DNA of 64,000 nt from Eledone cirrhosa (lineage: Eukaryota), in assembly GCA_964016885.1 (NCBI GenBank), contig OZ024748.1, positions 26,040,001 through 26,104,000 on the forward strand, written 5' to 3'. Position numbers and translations under genes: made by a program. This document shows, in pieces, positions 1 to 13,651 of the stretch. Positions within the stretch are counted from its first letter, which is position 1. Each line of letters opens with the position of its first letter. The notes beneath the pieces are model-generated. The model saw nothing but the letters and a program-made list of their open reading frames with translations. It made no database searches and was not told the origin of the DNA.

Positions 1-111
1 TAGTTCACCCCTCTCTTGGCATATGTCTGTTGGAGCTGGCGGTAAAATTGGAATGGTTCCAGTGGTGTTACTAGTTTGCAAGGACGCAAACAATGGGAAC
101 ACCATCGACAT
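1..111 (-). CDS. Possible first coding exon of an unidentified gene running off the left edge (MSMVFPLFASLQTSNTTGTIPILPPAPTDICQERGEL...)
   Basis: ATG at 111-109 opens 37 stop-free codons of non-repetitive sequence to the window edge; a GTGAG donor-like site on - near 820 could end a 5' UTR exon. No family recognised. Confidence 0.25.
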   Translation of the reverse strand, partial: MSMVFPLFASLQTSNTTGTIPILPPAPTDICQERGEL

Positions 112-1234
112 TTGGGAGGGGGGGGGGTGTAATAACTCAGTTAAACGCAAAGATTAACATTTTGGGCAGGTTTCTCAAATATGTCGCTAACAGCGTTATC
201 CGGAGCTTGCAGAGCCGCGCAGTTCCCGACAGATCTAGCTATGACAACCGTCACCTCATGCAATGAGATGATGGGTAGGTTATAAACCTGACTTCAACGG
301 AGCTCTGATCCACTGGGATGGATGCAGCATGGTTCAATGTTTAAGAGGCTCTCTTCACAATCGCTAGGTTTCAGGTTCGATCCTACTGCGTAGCATCTTT
401 GGCAAGTGTCATTTACCACATACTCAAGTCAACCTGTGCCTTTCTGAGAATTACATTATGTGGAATGCTTAGCCACTTACATGCTAATTTCATGAGCAGG
501 CTGTTCCGTTGATCGAAGAGCTGGTACGCTTATTGTCTATCGCCTTTCCTTACCAACTGCTAGGCGGTTGCTCGACTTGCTATAAATAGATGTCAATTTT
601 CCTTTAAACTCTACTCCACAAATCTTAGAAACAGGACCCATTAGATAATTTAATCTTAAATGAACGATTGAATGTCTTCGATTATATGATCTGATCAATC
701 GGAGGGGAAAAGGTTAATAAAATTCTAAAATACGAGGAATTGTAGGCAAGCTATTTTTTCAATCCTAAGTGTTCAAGAGCTGAGTCGCTGACAACGAAGT
801 TGTGTTGTTTTTGACAGCTCACCTTACCGCCATATCAGGTAATTCTCTTGGCGAGTGTGCTTGGCTATGCAACACCTTAGCCTCGCTATCACTCGCAACA
901 ATGTTGACTTATTTGAAGTAAACCCCAGCACACCCTTATTATAGTGTATGTGTCTGTGTCTTCTCCCACTTTTCCTCATTTTTTTTTTTCAAATATAAAT
1001 TGCGTTTATTTGTAATCATATTTATACGAAATAAAAGTTTATATTATGCGTTCGTTAATAAATAACCGACACCATGTAGTCGCTTTACTTACCAAATATA
1101 GCAGTCAAATGTCCCCTCAAACCAAACTTTACTATATATATATATGTGCGCGCGCGTTATGGACCACCTGGTATCTTACCACACCTTTGTTCTTTGTTAT
1201 ATATCTATATCTATCTATATATAGCTTTATCTAG

Positions 1235-1630
1235 CTATCTAAGGTTGAAAGGGCTGAGGTCAGACACCTTTCTCTCCGGCCAACAACTGATTCTTTTTTT
1301 CAAATACCACTTTGGAAGAAGAATCAGGATGGAGAGAGAGGTGCTGTACCCCAGCAAGTTTTATGAAAGGTGGGTGAAAGTGGCGAGAATGGGCCTTCTC
1401 TCTATATCAGCCTGTAGGATGAGGAAAAGGAGGAGGAGAGGAAAGGAGTACAAACTCTTCGTACTCCTGGAGATGAGGGTTTCACATTTTTTCGGGGGTA
1501 TGTGTTACCCATATAAACTGTCTCCCCCTATTGGGGAAATTCGACTAATTTTTTAAATTGCATTTGTGATAACATTTTACACGTTTTTATTGTATGTAAA
1601 CTTCCCCCTTTGTATTTGTCCCCTTCTTTT
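1235..1630 (+). mobile_element. 3' fragment of a non-LTR retrotransposon (L1/Tx1-like ORF2 C-terminus plus 3' UTR)
   Basis: Peptide RLKGLRSDTFLSGQQLILFFKYHFGRRIRMEREVLYPSKFYERWVKVARM resembles, from memory, L1/Tx1-type ORF2 ends; AATAAA at ~1644 precedes (CA)n. Confidence 0.4.
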
Positions 1631-1651
1631 GTGCCCCTGTGGCTAATAAAG

Positions 1652-1764
<113 letters not shown>

Positions 1765-1892
1765 AAGTTATATTTAAAATTGTTGGGTTACAACTAGTAA
1801 ATATTTATAACTGATATAAAAGCACTCGACAAATACTTGGAGTATATTTACAATATTAAATAAATGGAAAACTATATTTATAAAACCATATC

Positions 1893-1958
1893 TATTTCAT
1901 TATATATATTTCGGGGATATCATATTAACAATATGCTATGCCTTCATCAGACAAAATA
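1893..1958 (-). ncRNA. Minimal type I hammerhead ribozyme (inverted pLTR copy)
   Basis: Reverse complement of 5852-5917. Confidence 0.7.
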
Positions 1959-2145
1959 CAATATAAACAGTTTTATAGATAAATATATTCGACATACCGT
2001 AATAAACATCAACTTCATTTGAAGAGGTTCACTCTAGCAGTGAAAATACAGAGAGAAAGAAAGAGAGAGAGGAAAGAGGGAAATAGGAAAGAAAGAAAGA
2101 CAAAACGAAGAAAAGGAAGAAAAAGAAGAAAAAGAAAAAGAAGAA

Positions 2146-4239
2146 ATGCATGATAAATTTAATGCAGACGAAAATATCTCGGACTTAAACAAAGTTTTCA
2201 AATCTAAAAGAAATCCACCCCCTAACAAACTTTTATCTGACTTTGAAAACGATATAATTTCTATCATACAAGGGGTCAAATTCAAGAGAAACTTTAAAGG
2301 CCAGGAATATCTGAAAGGCATTAAGGATAACATTGAGAGCTTAGAGAAAACTGAGAAGATCTTGGTGAAATCTGACAAGACCAACAACCTCTATGGAGTG
2401 CAGAAAGACATGTATAATGGCCTCATACTGAAAGAGCTGAGGAAAAAATACAAGGTAGCAGATAAGACCGAACTTGAGAAAATGAATGTTGAAGCATCTT
2501 GTATAATGCATGAGTTGGAAATTGAGAACAGAACACAACCTTTCGTGCCCAGGAAACCGAAGATCAATATGAAGGACCACAAGAGGAATTTTGAGATTGA
2601 CCTGCCAGTTAGATTGATCGCACCTTCAAAATCGGACCTGGGCAAATTAAGCAAAAACATTCTTGACAGGGTGATACTGCAAATTAAGAACTTGGATTAT
2701 GTATCTAACCTGAGCTTGTGGAAGGGAACTGGAGAGGTTGTTGAGTGGTTTAGGCAAATTAAATATGACAATAATAATAGGTTTATTCAACTTGATATAG
2801 CTAACTATTATTCTTCTATTACCCCTAGTCTACTAAATAAGGCACTAAATTACGCATTCAAACATACGGACCTAACTAGCAAAGAAATGCATATTATATT
2901 ATCGGCTAGGAAAACTTTGATAGAATTTGATGACAAATTATGGACCAGAGCAGATAGAGATAGCAATTTTGACATAACTATGGGATCTTCCGACTCAGCT
3001 CAGGTAACTGACCTTGTGGGCTTATTTTTAATCAATTCGCTACATAGGAAAATACCTGGTACTACCGGAGGTTTATATAGGGATGACATGCTTTTACTTA
3101 TTAATAATAATAACCCTGAACTAAATAGAAAATGTAAACAAATTACAAAATTTTTTAATTACTTTAACCTTAAAATAGAAATTGAGAACAACCATAGAAT
3201 AGTCAATTTCCTAGATATAACATTAAATCTCAACACATGTCTCCACTATCCTTTTCACAAGTTGAATGAAAACTTAAACTATGTCAACTTTAACTCTAAC
3301 CACCCCAGATCTGTCAAAAACACTATAGTAAACTCAGTCCAAAAACGTATCTCTAGGATCTCGTCGAATAGAAAGATTTTTGACGAAAAGGCCCAATACT
3401 ATAATGATGCACTAGCTAGGGCAGGGTATGCTGATAAGATTGTGTACATAGATAATGATAAACAAACTAAACAAAGTAACAACTTTTTTAATGACGGCAA
3501 CAACATTAACAACTATAATAGAAAGCATTACAATAATTCCAAAGGACAAAAAAGAAATAGAACTAGGAACATAATTTGGTTTGCCCCCCCCCCTTTCTCA
3601 CTAAACATTAAAACCCACATCGCTAAATTATTTTTCAAAGCTCTTGATAATCGCTTCCCTAGAACACATAGGTACCACTCAATCTTCAATAGGCATACGA
3701 TTAAATTAACCTACTCATCCACCAAAAATTTAGCACAAAATATTAATAGAATAAATAATAGGAACTTAAAACCTACTGATAATAGCATAAATAATATACA
3801 AGTTAACAAATGTAACTGTAGAGATATATCTAAATGTCCGTTAAATAACAACTGCTTAGTTAAAAATATAGTATACAATTGTAATGTTAATACTGACTCT
3901 AATTCTTTTAACTACGTCGGTTCCACATCGACGGAATTTAAACTTCGCTATAATAACCACAAGAATTCTTTCACAGATCCAAATAAAAAATCTTCAACGG
4001 CACTATCAGGTGTACTCTGGCAACTTAAGCTAGATAACGTTAGATATTCGACGGCTTGGAATATAGTCTCAAGAGGGATTCCTTTTAATTCATCCTCTGA
4101 GACATGTGACCTCTGCGCAGAGGAGATATTCTTTATACTAAAATCTAAAAATTCCCTTAACCTACGGACAAATTTATTCAGTTGTTGCAAACATAGATTA
4201 AACTCAACGTTTAAATATAAATTTAAATTTAAAATGTAG
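2146..4239 (+). CDS. PLE reverse transcriptase + C-terminal GIY-YIG endonuclease (697 aa, N-terminally truncated)
   Basis: SDKT motif, FIQLDIANYYSSI, MGSSDSAQVTDL, GGLYRDD catalytic motif, VNFLDITL, CNCRDISKCPLNNNC linker, IVY...YVGST, R-Y-N-N-H, CDLC...CCKH. No internal stop. Confidence 0.93.
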   Translation: MHDKFNADENISDLNKVFKSKRNPPPNKLLSDFENDIISIIQGVKFKRNFKGQEYLKGIKDNIESLEKTEKILVKSDKTNNLYGVQKDMYNGLILKELRKKYKVADKTELEKMNVEASCIMHELEIENRTQPFVPRKPKINMKDHKRNFEIDLPVRLIAPSKSDLGKLSKNILDRVILQIKNLDYVSNLSLWKGTGEVVEWFRQIKYDNNNRFIQLDIANYYSSITPSLLNKALNYAFKHTDLTSKEMHIILSARKTLIEFDDKLWTRADRDSNFDITMGSSDSAQVTDLVGLFLINSLHRKIPGTTGGLYRDDMLLLINNNNPELNRKCKQITKFFNYFNLKIEIENNHRIVNFLDITLNLNTCLHYPFHKLNENLNYVNFNSNHPRSVKNTIVNSVQKRISRISSNRKIFDEKAQYYNDALARAGYADKIVYIDNDKQTKQSNNFFNDGNNINNYNRKHYNNSKGQKRNRTRNIIWFAPPPFSLNIKTHIAKLFFKALDNRFPRTHRYHSIFNRHTIKLTYSSTKNLAQNINRINNRNLKPTDNSINNIQVNKCNCRDISKCPLNNNCLVKNIVYNCNVNTDSNSFNYVGSTSTEFKLRYNNHKNSFTDPNKKSSTALSGVLWQLKLDNVRYSTAWNIVSRGIPFNSSSETCDLCAEEIFFILKSKNSLNLRTNLFSCCKHRLNSTFKYKFKFKM

Positions 4240-4666
4240 TATATTTAGTTTGATTTATATTTATATGAGAACTAGCCGATAAATCTTTTGATTCCTAAAT
4301 CTTTGATTCCCTCTTTTTACTCTTTTTATTGTTTATTTTATTTTATTTATTTTTTATTTTTTTTTTTTTTTAAATTTTTATTTTTATTTTTTTTTTTATT
4401 TTTATTTTTATTTTTATTTTTATCTAAACATTCCTCATGAAAAATTAAGCTACCCTAAAAGCCGATGCTCCAAATTTTTTTGAATTAACCTTACACTTGA
4501 TAAACTTATATATTAAATATAGGAACATATGTAGACATTATTGGACATCATAATCTTTTTTTGCGATATTCCTTGCTAGATGTGATTTGATAGATAATTT
4601 TTGGCTTTGTCTTGTAGTGAACTTGGCAATATATTGTCAATTAACTTTGAAGGGTTGTTCTTTGTG

Positions 4667-4790
4667 GTTTATTTTTATTTTCATTTTTATTTTTATTTTT
4701 ATTTTTATTTTTATTTTTATTTTTATTTTTATTTTTATTTTTATTTTTATTTTTATTTTTATTTTTATTTTTATTTTTATTTTTATTCTT
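4667..4790. repeat. (TTTTTA)n repeat in the PLE 3' UTR
   Basis: Directly visible. Confidence 0.9.
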
Positions 4791-5851
4791 TTAGTATTGT
4801 AGTATTCTATAATATTTTTATTTTTTATTTTTTATTTTATTTTATTTTTATTTTTAATATTCTTATATGTAAATTTTTATTTTTAATATTTTTTATATGT
4901 AAAGTTTTAATACGTAATATTTTTAATACGTAGTATTTTTAATATGCAATATTTTTATTATGTAATATCCTTTCGTAATATTCTTTTTTAGTTTTCTATT
5001 CTATATTTTTATATTTTTATATATTTTTACTTATTATCATTATTATTGTTATCTCTGCTTATAATATAATATATATTTTCGATTAGTATATTGAAATCTG
5101 CTCTCTATTTCTGCTTGATAGATAATCTTGTAGAGTAATCGCAAGAATAATAATACGCTCAAATTTTTATACCACATTGAGAATGTTTTCCGGTAACTTT
5201 GAATTTGCGGAGTGAATCAGTTGGATTCACATAGACATATGAATTTTTTAAAAAACTAAACATAAGATAATGAATTTTCACGCATTGTGAATACTTGTTT
5301 CATTCAGGAATACTGATATTTACAATATAGTGTAAGTTTTATAAATACTAATACATTAAAACATAGGGTGTTCTACGCCTCGAATATGTCTGGCTATTTT
5401 TAAATTTTTTCTCTCTCTATATCTCTCTATATATCTCCCTTACATTAATACTTGAGCTAAATAAATAAATAAATAAATAAATGCATCATTGATACACTTA
5501 CTCAAAATGACCTCACACTACCTAATTTTTCTATATCTATATTTATATATGTATCTATCTCTACTTCCTCTCTCTCTCTCTATATATATATATCTCTTTC
5601 TGTCTCTTTACATGATGCTCTTCGCTTTATCTATTTTTCCATCTCTCTATTTTGTCCCATGCATTTCTTCTTTTTCTTTTTCTTCTTTTTCTTCCTTTTC
5701 TTCGTTTTGTCTTTCTTTCTTTCCTATTTCCCTCTTTTCTCTCTCTCTTTCTTTCTCTCTGTATTTTCACTGCTAGAGTGAACCTCTTCAAATGAAGTTG
5801 ATGTTTATTACGGTATGTCGAATATATTTATCTATAAAACTGTTTATATTG

Positions 5852-5917
5852 TATTTTGTCTGATGAAGGCATAGCATATTGTTAATATGATATCCCCGAA
5901 ATATATATAATGAAATA
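5852..5917 (+). ncRNA. Minimal type I hammerhead ribozyme in the PLE 3' pLTR
   Basis: tattttgt-CTGATGA-[stem II containing catatt/gtt/aatatg]-GAAA-tatata-TA-atgaaata; helix I tattttgt/atgaaata pairs with two G-U wobbles; helix III palindromic. Confidence 0.72.
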
Positions 5918-5955
5918 GATATGGTTTTATAAATATAGTTTTCCATTTATTTAAT

Positions 5956-6020
<65 letters not shown>

Positions 6021-6024
<4 letters not shown>

Positions 6025-6335
6025 ATGATATTAATAAATGGAAACTATATTTATAAAACCATATTTATTTTATAATATATATTTCAAGGGTACCAAAAAC
6101 TCATCAGATAAAATACAAAATTTGTTTTAGAAATAGTGACATACCCCAGAAACCAGACCTTATCGGTTCAGGGTCCGTTTGGTACCCTTGAAATATATAT
6201 AATAAAATAAATATGGTTTTATAAATAGTTTCCATTTATTAATATCATTGATATTATACTCCAGGAAATTTGTTGAGTGCTTCGAATCTGTTATAAATAA
6301 ATTTGTTGAATTACCAACAAATTAAATATATCTTT
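6021..6335 (-). mobile_element. Non-autonomous PLE pLTR foldback with hammerhead core (6066-6116, -)
   Basis: Inverted repeat ~6021-6095 / ~6180-6253 similar to the pLTR of the neighbouring PLE; - strand reads tattttat-CTGATGA-gtttttggtaccctt-GAAA-tatatatt-ataaaata; TACTCCA...GAGTGCTT tail at ~6257. Confidence 0.7.
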
Positions 6336-6336
6336 G

Positions 6337-6441
<105 letters not shown>

Positions 6442-6809
6442 AAGTAAAGACAGTTAGGTGATCGACTTTGATGGTATTTAAACTCAGAACGTAAAGGTTC
6501 GTAATTTCAACGAGTGTACTTATCACCGCCCTAAAATCTAAACTTTAATAAAGAAGCGCGGGACTGCGTACGGTTTATAATTTTTTATCCCCTTAGTAAA
6601 ATAAGTTGGATTACTTTGAATAAATAATTGTTTCTACTTTTGGCACAAGGCCAGCAATTACTCAGTACATTACTGGTACTTTATTTTATCGACCCCGTAT
6701 GGAAATGGATGAATATTACATAATTTATCTACTAAATTTCGTGGCTGTTCATTAAATATATTTTATTACTTATTTAAAGATTCACTTCTTTAAAATTTTC
6801 AAATGTCAG

Positions 6810-6820
6810 CACTTCCGGTT
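6810..6820. promoter_or_regulatory. Possible ETS/GABP site (CACTTCCGGT) in a candidate HIF1AN promoter region
   Basis: Motif match only, upstream of the first recognised HIF1AN exon. Confidence 0.2.
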
Positions 6821-8212
6821 AGCGATCGTTTAAATAAATATTCATATATTTCTGTCACTAATTTTCTTCTAATGCAGTTTATATATAATATCGTCTTTTT
6901 TTAATGTATCAAGGATTACGTTACTGATTACATGAGACAGTCTTCGTTCAATTTCTGTGTATATTGTCAATTACGATTTTATTTGATCATATCTATATGT
7001 ATATATACCTGCGTATAATATCAATATACACACTACCACATGCTAGCAGAAAACCACTCGAAGGATGGCTCTTCTGCTAGTATATAATAATGGGATACGT
7101 AAAAATATTTAATGATGGCAAAGAATCAAATAAATTGATGGGATGAGAGAGATGAGGAGGGGGATGAAAGGAGTGAGATAGAGAGGGGTGGGTGAAGGGA
7201 GTGAGAGATAGAGAAGGAGGGTGAAAGGAGTGAGAGAGAGAAGGAGGATGTGAGGGAGGGGGGGGGGGAATTATTGTTGGAAACTTGCTGAAGGCAGCGG
7301 TATCGTCGCTAAACCATGCAGAAATTTTAATCAAGAGTGGCGGAGGGGAAATCCTGTTATATCGTCTGTTTTTACAACAGCTGCAAATGAAAAATGTCTA
7401 CGTGACTGAAGACACATACGTCTTGCTTGCAACGGTGAACCTCCTCAACTGATTCTTTCGCCAACCAACATCTCTTTACTTTCTTTTTGCTTTTGTTTTT
7501 ATTTCGTCTATCCCTCCCCCTCCTCCTCCAAACGTCCCCTTCTTTTTCTACTGTTTCCTCTTACTCCTCTGACTTTGTTTTTTTTTCCCTCTCCCTCTCG
7601 GTACACTTTTTTCTGTTTCTTCCTTGTTTGAATTTATCTCCCCCTCTCTCTTCTTCTCCCCCTCTCTCTTCTCTTCTTCTCCCCCTCTCTCTTCTCTTCT
7701 TCTCCCCCTCTCTTCTCTTCTTCTCACTTCCCCACCTCCCCCCTCTCAGAAATCAGTTTATGGAGTTTGACTTGAAAGAAAGTGGAAGGTAGACGGGTAG
7801 TAAGTTGGGTACGAAGGTGCAGAAAGAAGAAGCAATATGAACTATAAATAAACACAAAACCTTCCTTGATCGCGTTTTCCTATCTTTCCTTATTTTATCT
7901 TATGTCAATATTCTATCAGTTCTAATCTTGCTTGTTAATTCTCTAATTATAAACATTGTCAACTTACGCCTACCCCCACTCTCACATCGTCTTCTTACCA
8001 AAATATTGTGTCTAGAGTACTCTGAAGAATATAATTCATTCCTGTACTTTCTCTCTCTCCCTTTCTTTATCTATCTATCTATCTTTCAGCCTGCCTGTCT
8101 TATTTCTTCTTTAATCTCTACTAGTCCTTCCTCATGATTTTCTTGTCATTTCTTCAGCAAAGCATCCTAAATTCCTTCAGCATATGTATGTGCACAAATA
8201 TATACCGTATTT

Positions 8213-8311
8213 CCCGACGTCGAAGACGGTACTTTTTTCTCAAAAATCTACCATGCGTCCTGGAGGCCGAAGGTTGTTCGTTGTCAAAGTTAGGGTGCGT
8301 CCTCGAGAACG
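8213..8311. mobile_element. Possible terminus of a Tc1/mariner-pogo-type DNA transposon or MITE
   Basis: TACCGTATTTCCCGACG...GAAGACG start next to TA; partner TIR not found. Confidence 0.3.
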
Positions 8312-8312
8312 T

Positions 8313-8879
<567 letters not shown>

Positions 8880-9412
8880 GTCGGGTCACTCTTGAGTGCT
8901 ACTGGTAACATGTAACCCAGTACAATCTGTCGCATAGGCAGGTCGTCGGCGACTAAACCGGCAACCCCACCAAGTTTACTTGGTGAGGACGGTGATTTTG
9001 GACACCCTGCAGGACAAAAAACAAAGCCTGACAAAGGGTGGAAGAACTCATAAGAGTCAACGGCCATCCGAAAATGTGTAAATATGTATATACACATATA
9101 CCGCGTGGTTAAACCACTGGGAGTGAAGGACCCCCTAGCCTTGTCAGGGCATTCTTCTAGGAGAAGGCAACTCAGAAAATTGGGATAACTCTGATATAAA
9201 ACCTGCGGCTCAGTAGTTACCGATGATGTTGATCTTTTCTTCTTTTGGGGTTATAGCTACTGTCGCTCAGAGAGTGGGATTGGCTCAGTGCACAGTCTTT
9301 CCTCACTTTAAAAAATATCTTCACGCGCAGGCATTGCAAGATAGAATTAATTAATAATTATTAATAATGGTATATCGTGCAATGGCCATACTTGATAACG
9401 AGGGGGCAGCCA

Positions 9413-9446
<34 letters not shown>

Positions 9447-9949
9447 CACCCCGATCACCTATATGAGCGAGACACGGTCACCCGACCCAACTTGCCTGAA
9501 ATGGGACAAACCCGTCTAACCCATGCTAGCATGGAAGATAGACGTTAAACAATGAAGATAATATGCATATACATATATACATATATATATTAGTAAACTC
9601 CAATATAACCATGTATATATGTATATATACTAAATTTTTTTTCCAAATATAGTAACTGAAAGAAAGCGAGATAGCAAAATATATTCCGAATTTTTCCTCA
9701 CTGTCGTTCCGTTTTTATATATATAACAAATTTAAAAGATATATATCCATTGAGAAACAACTAGTATTTTGTACATATATACAGAACAATTTATATGTGA
9801 GTAAATATACTTCAAGATGGTAACGTATATCTTACTGGAAATAAATATAAAGATGCAAAACATTGAATTTGGTAATAAACATCTTAAGACCATGGTTTTT
9901 ATCATCAATATATTTATTATATATCAAGTTAAGTTAAAGTCTGTTCTAA

Positions 9950-11530
9950 GCTTATCACCAGTTTTCCTGGCGTTAAGTGTCTGAGAGTACCAGAGACTCC
10001 CTGGACAGTGCGCCACTCTATCGCAGGATTAAGAGCCCCCCCCCCCCCCCCTTCAGCCAATAGTATCGGAGATGTGATCTCTCTTCGGAGACGTTGCAAC
10101 TCTACCTCAAGTAACTCTCTGATCTCTGAGCTATGTACTTTATCGAGTAACGTTACTCCTGAAAGTCTTTGGAGGAACCCCATTTCAGCCGTTTATATTT
10201 GCAATCATATTCTTTTGGTCATTACCCAAGATTCATGACCACAGGTAAGGGTTGGCATGAATGCCGAATTGAAGATAGCGACTTTGGTTTTTACACCTAC
10301 TTCCCTTCTTCTGATTACTGAATGCTGAAGCTGGCGCATTACTGCACCAGCTTCTGTCATTCTTGTACTTAATTCAGCCTCCTGCCTCCCATCACTCGTA
10401 AACACAGCCTTGAGATCCTTGAACTTCTCTACCTGCTTCAGTGGAACTCCGTTTACATGTAGAGAGCTCTGCGCAGGCTTCCTTGAGTGGACGAGCGTCT
10501 CAGTTTTTGCAGCACTGATTTTCATTCCAGCCATGCAACACTTGGCATCAAATCTTTTGAGTGCAAGTCAGAGATCACCTTGTGTCAAGTTAAGTAACAC
10601 TATGTCGTCTGCAAATTCCAGCCAACTGATTTTACACCCACTAGTCATGCTATCACTTCCAACTCGGCTGCGCATATCAATCCTGTTCATGTAAATAATA
10701 AACAGGGAGAGTTGACGGTACGCACACTTCGCAGAGTCCGACTCCCACATTAAATGGTTTCAATTTAGCACCATTTATCCGAACATAAATACTTTGGCAT
10801 TCATAAAGAGATATCAGGGCAGAAGGAACTGACCATCAAACCCATACCATGCAGAACCTTCCACAGCAGGTCCTAAGGAACGCGGTCTTATCCCTTTTCT
10901 TGGTCAACAAAATAAGAATATACTTCTTGGCAATACTCCCACAATTTTTTCTCGAATACCTGCCGCAGTGTGAATATTTGTTCAGCTGTGCTGCATCCAG
11001 AGTGAAAACCACACTGTTCATCGGCTAGCTTGGACTCGATAATCTCCCTACATCTCTTTGCCAGACACTTAGCATAGACTTTACTGGATTTCATCTTCTC
11101 CAGTGGCCTTGCCGCATTTGAGCTCTTTAACTGTTCTTGTGACGTCGGCCTCTGAGAGAGTAGTCTCCCCTCCCAGAAGCACCTTGTGTACATGACAAGC
11201 TATTGTTATGACCGGGTTTAGGTGATCAGCAAAGTGTTCTCTCCACCTCTCAAGGATGCATTTCTCTGAAGAGAAGAGAACCCCAGACGTGTTCTTGATA
11301 GCAGTTGGTGGATGGTCTGCCAGAACACTTTATTTGTTGATCTGATGTCGGATTCCAGCTTAACTCCAAAGTTCTATGTCTTAACGTTGGATGCCTTTAC
11401 TGTTTCTGCTGCGATTCTTTGTACCTGCTTGTACTGCAAATGCAAGGAGGACTTATTTCCAAGCCCAATTTTGTAAGCCTCCCTCTTTGCTTGGATGGCA
11501 TCTTTGACCTTTTGATTGAACCAAGGGGGT
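9950..11530 (-). mobile_element. Decayed RTE-like LINE RT fragment
   Basis: Frameshifted pieces: EQCGFHSGCSTAEQIFTLRQVFEK, LEFADDIVLL, GMKISAAKTE, LKQVEKFKDL, LTCGHESW. Confidence 0.85.
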
Positions 11531-11654
11531 CCTCTTGCAAAAAAAACAAAAAAAAAACTCTTAATTAATAAAATAATTTTTTAAAAAATATTCTTTTAGA
11601 CAAACTGAATTAAAGTCTATTTTTGTCTTATTTTCGCTCTCTCTCTTTCTCCAG

Positions 11655-11899
11655 CAACCAGTTGTTTTAACAGGGACTGGTCTTGTAGACTCTGCCCTTC
11701 ATTGGGACTTGGAATATTTGTCAGACAATATGTCAAATACACAGTTCACAGTGTATCAATCAGACAATATATATTTTCGATATTATGAATCAAGAAAAGT
11801 TCCACACCACATAGACTTTGTTCCTCCCACAATTCAAATGCAAATGTCTTTTCCAGAGTTTGTAGAAAAATTAAAAAAAACACAATGTTCCAAAAAACA
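11655..11899 (+). CDS. HIF1AN: HIF1AN (FIH-1, JmjC asparaginyl hydroxylase) internal exon
   Basis: ccag|QPVVLTGTGLVDSALHWDLEYL...MSFPEFVEKLKK|gtaagt; matches human [22 protein letters not shown]; phase 0 to 2. Confidence 0.92.
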
Positions 11900-12239
11900 G
11901 TAAGTATTTGACTTTGATAACCAAGTTCCAAATATTTTGGAAATGTTTTAAATATTTTCTTTTTATAAAATCATTATTCTATACAGAGGGCAGTGAATTG
12001 GCAGCATTTAAAAAAAAAAAGAAGAAAAACAATTGTATAATAAAATTCTGAAAATCTAGTAAGCTCCTGCTTCTTTGCTGTCATTGAGAACTTGAGAACA
12101 GAAACCTGCATAGGAATAGTTTAGATGTTACACACATGTGAATAGAGTAGATTGCTTTGTCTAAGGCCTCAAGTATTGATGGAGTCATAGTGGTGCCATT
12201 GGACATTTAAAACCCGATTGAGGTTTGTTTTGATTCATC

Positions 12240-12710
12240 ATGGACACTTAAAACCTGGGAGAGCTCATCTGGGCTTATTTCGGACATTTAAAACCTGGTG
12301 GAGTTCATCTGGGTTTATTTCGGACATTTAAAACCTGGTGGAGCTCATCTTGGCTTATTTCGGACATTTAAAACCTGGTAGAGCTCATCTGGGCTTATTT
12401 CGGACATTTAAAACCTGGTAGAGCTCATCTGGGCTTATTTCGGACATTTAAAACCTGGTAGAGTTCATCTGGGCTTATTTCGGACATTTAAAACCTGGTA
12501 GAGCTCATCTGGGCTTATTTCGGACATTTAAAACCTGAGAGAGCTCATCTTGGCTTATTTCGGACATTTAAAACCTGGTAGAGCTCATCTGGGCTTATTT
12601 CGGACATTTAAAACCTGAGAGAGCTCATCTTGTCTTAGCTTGGCAATTTAAAACCTGGTGGAGCTCATCTTGGGTTATCTCAGACATTTAAAGCCTGGGA
12701 GAGCTCATCC
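12240..12710. repeat. 40-bp minisatellite, ~12 copies
   Basis: Unit ggacatttaaaacctggtagagctcatctgggcttatttc. Confidence 0.93.
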
Positions 12711-12769
12711 CCTTCAGATCTGATCACAGCCAATTTTTTTCTCTTTTTTTCAGAATGTGAGAGAAGAAT

Positions 12770-12912
12770 CAAGTGTAGTAATTTATTTATCAACTCTGAA
12801 AGGATAAAAGCAAAGTTGACCCCAGCATGATTTGAACTTAAAAAGAGTGCGGAGACCACTGGATTAACTAGCACATTGCATTCTATCTGATGCTCTAACG
12901 TTTTTGCCACCT
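12770..12912 (-). mobile_element. Degenerate tRNA-derived SINE
   Basis: aaggataaaagcaaagttgaccccagcatgatttgaact resembles the intact copies at 31510 and 42882. Confidence 0.6.
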
Positions 12913-13414
12913 TAAAACAAATTAGGGAAATTGGATAAATGTGATGAGAATATTTAGAGGTTGCGACCAGAGTAAAAGATTGATGTTGGGTAGTCTTCAC
13001 TGGTTTATTAAAAAATATATTAAGAGATAACATGCTAGCTTTCAATGAAATATAGGCATTCTGGAATCTTATATTATTTTATTAATTACATCATTGCTGT
13101 TATATGCATTATGTAATTGATAAGACCTTGTTAGATAACTATTATATCATTGTTTGTAATACAATATGTTCTGGGCAAGTGTTTTAGATGTTGTCACCTC
13201 AAGCCTGGCAAAACTTGCATACACAAGTGTGAGTTGATCAACACGTACAATTGGGAAACAACGAACATGAATGGATCTAACATATATAATTGTTTCTACT
13301 TTTGGCACAAGGCCAGCAATTATCCCAGTGTATTACTGGTTCTTTATTTTATCAACCCCGTAAGGATGAAATAATGATGGTATGAGATATAGTTCTATTT
13401 TTTAAAAAATGTAA

Positions 13415-13651
<237 letters not shown>

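Noticed and set aside
2146-4239. Selenoprotein-type or N-terminal-endonuclease (Naiad/Chlamys) PLE
   Set aside because: No in-frame TGA in the ORF and the GIY-YIG domain is C-terminal.
9590-9927. HIF1AN exon 1 or another PLE pLTR
   Set aside because: Only vague resemblances (LKESEIAKY; atggttttt...atttatt); no start/donor pair in the right phase and no hammerhead core.
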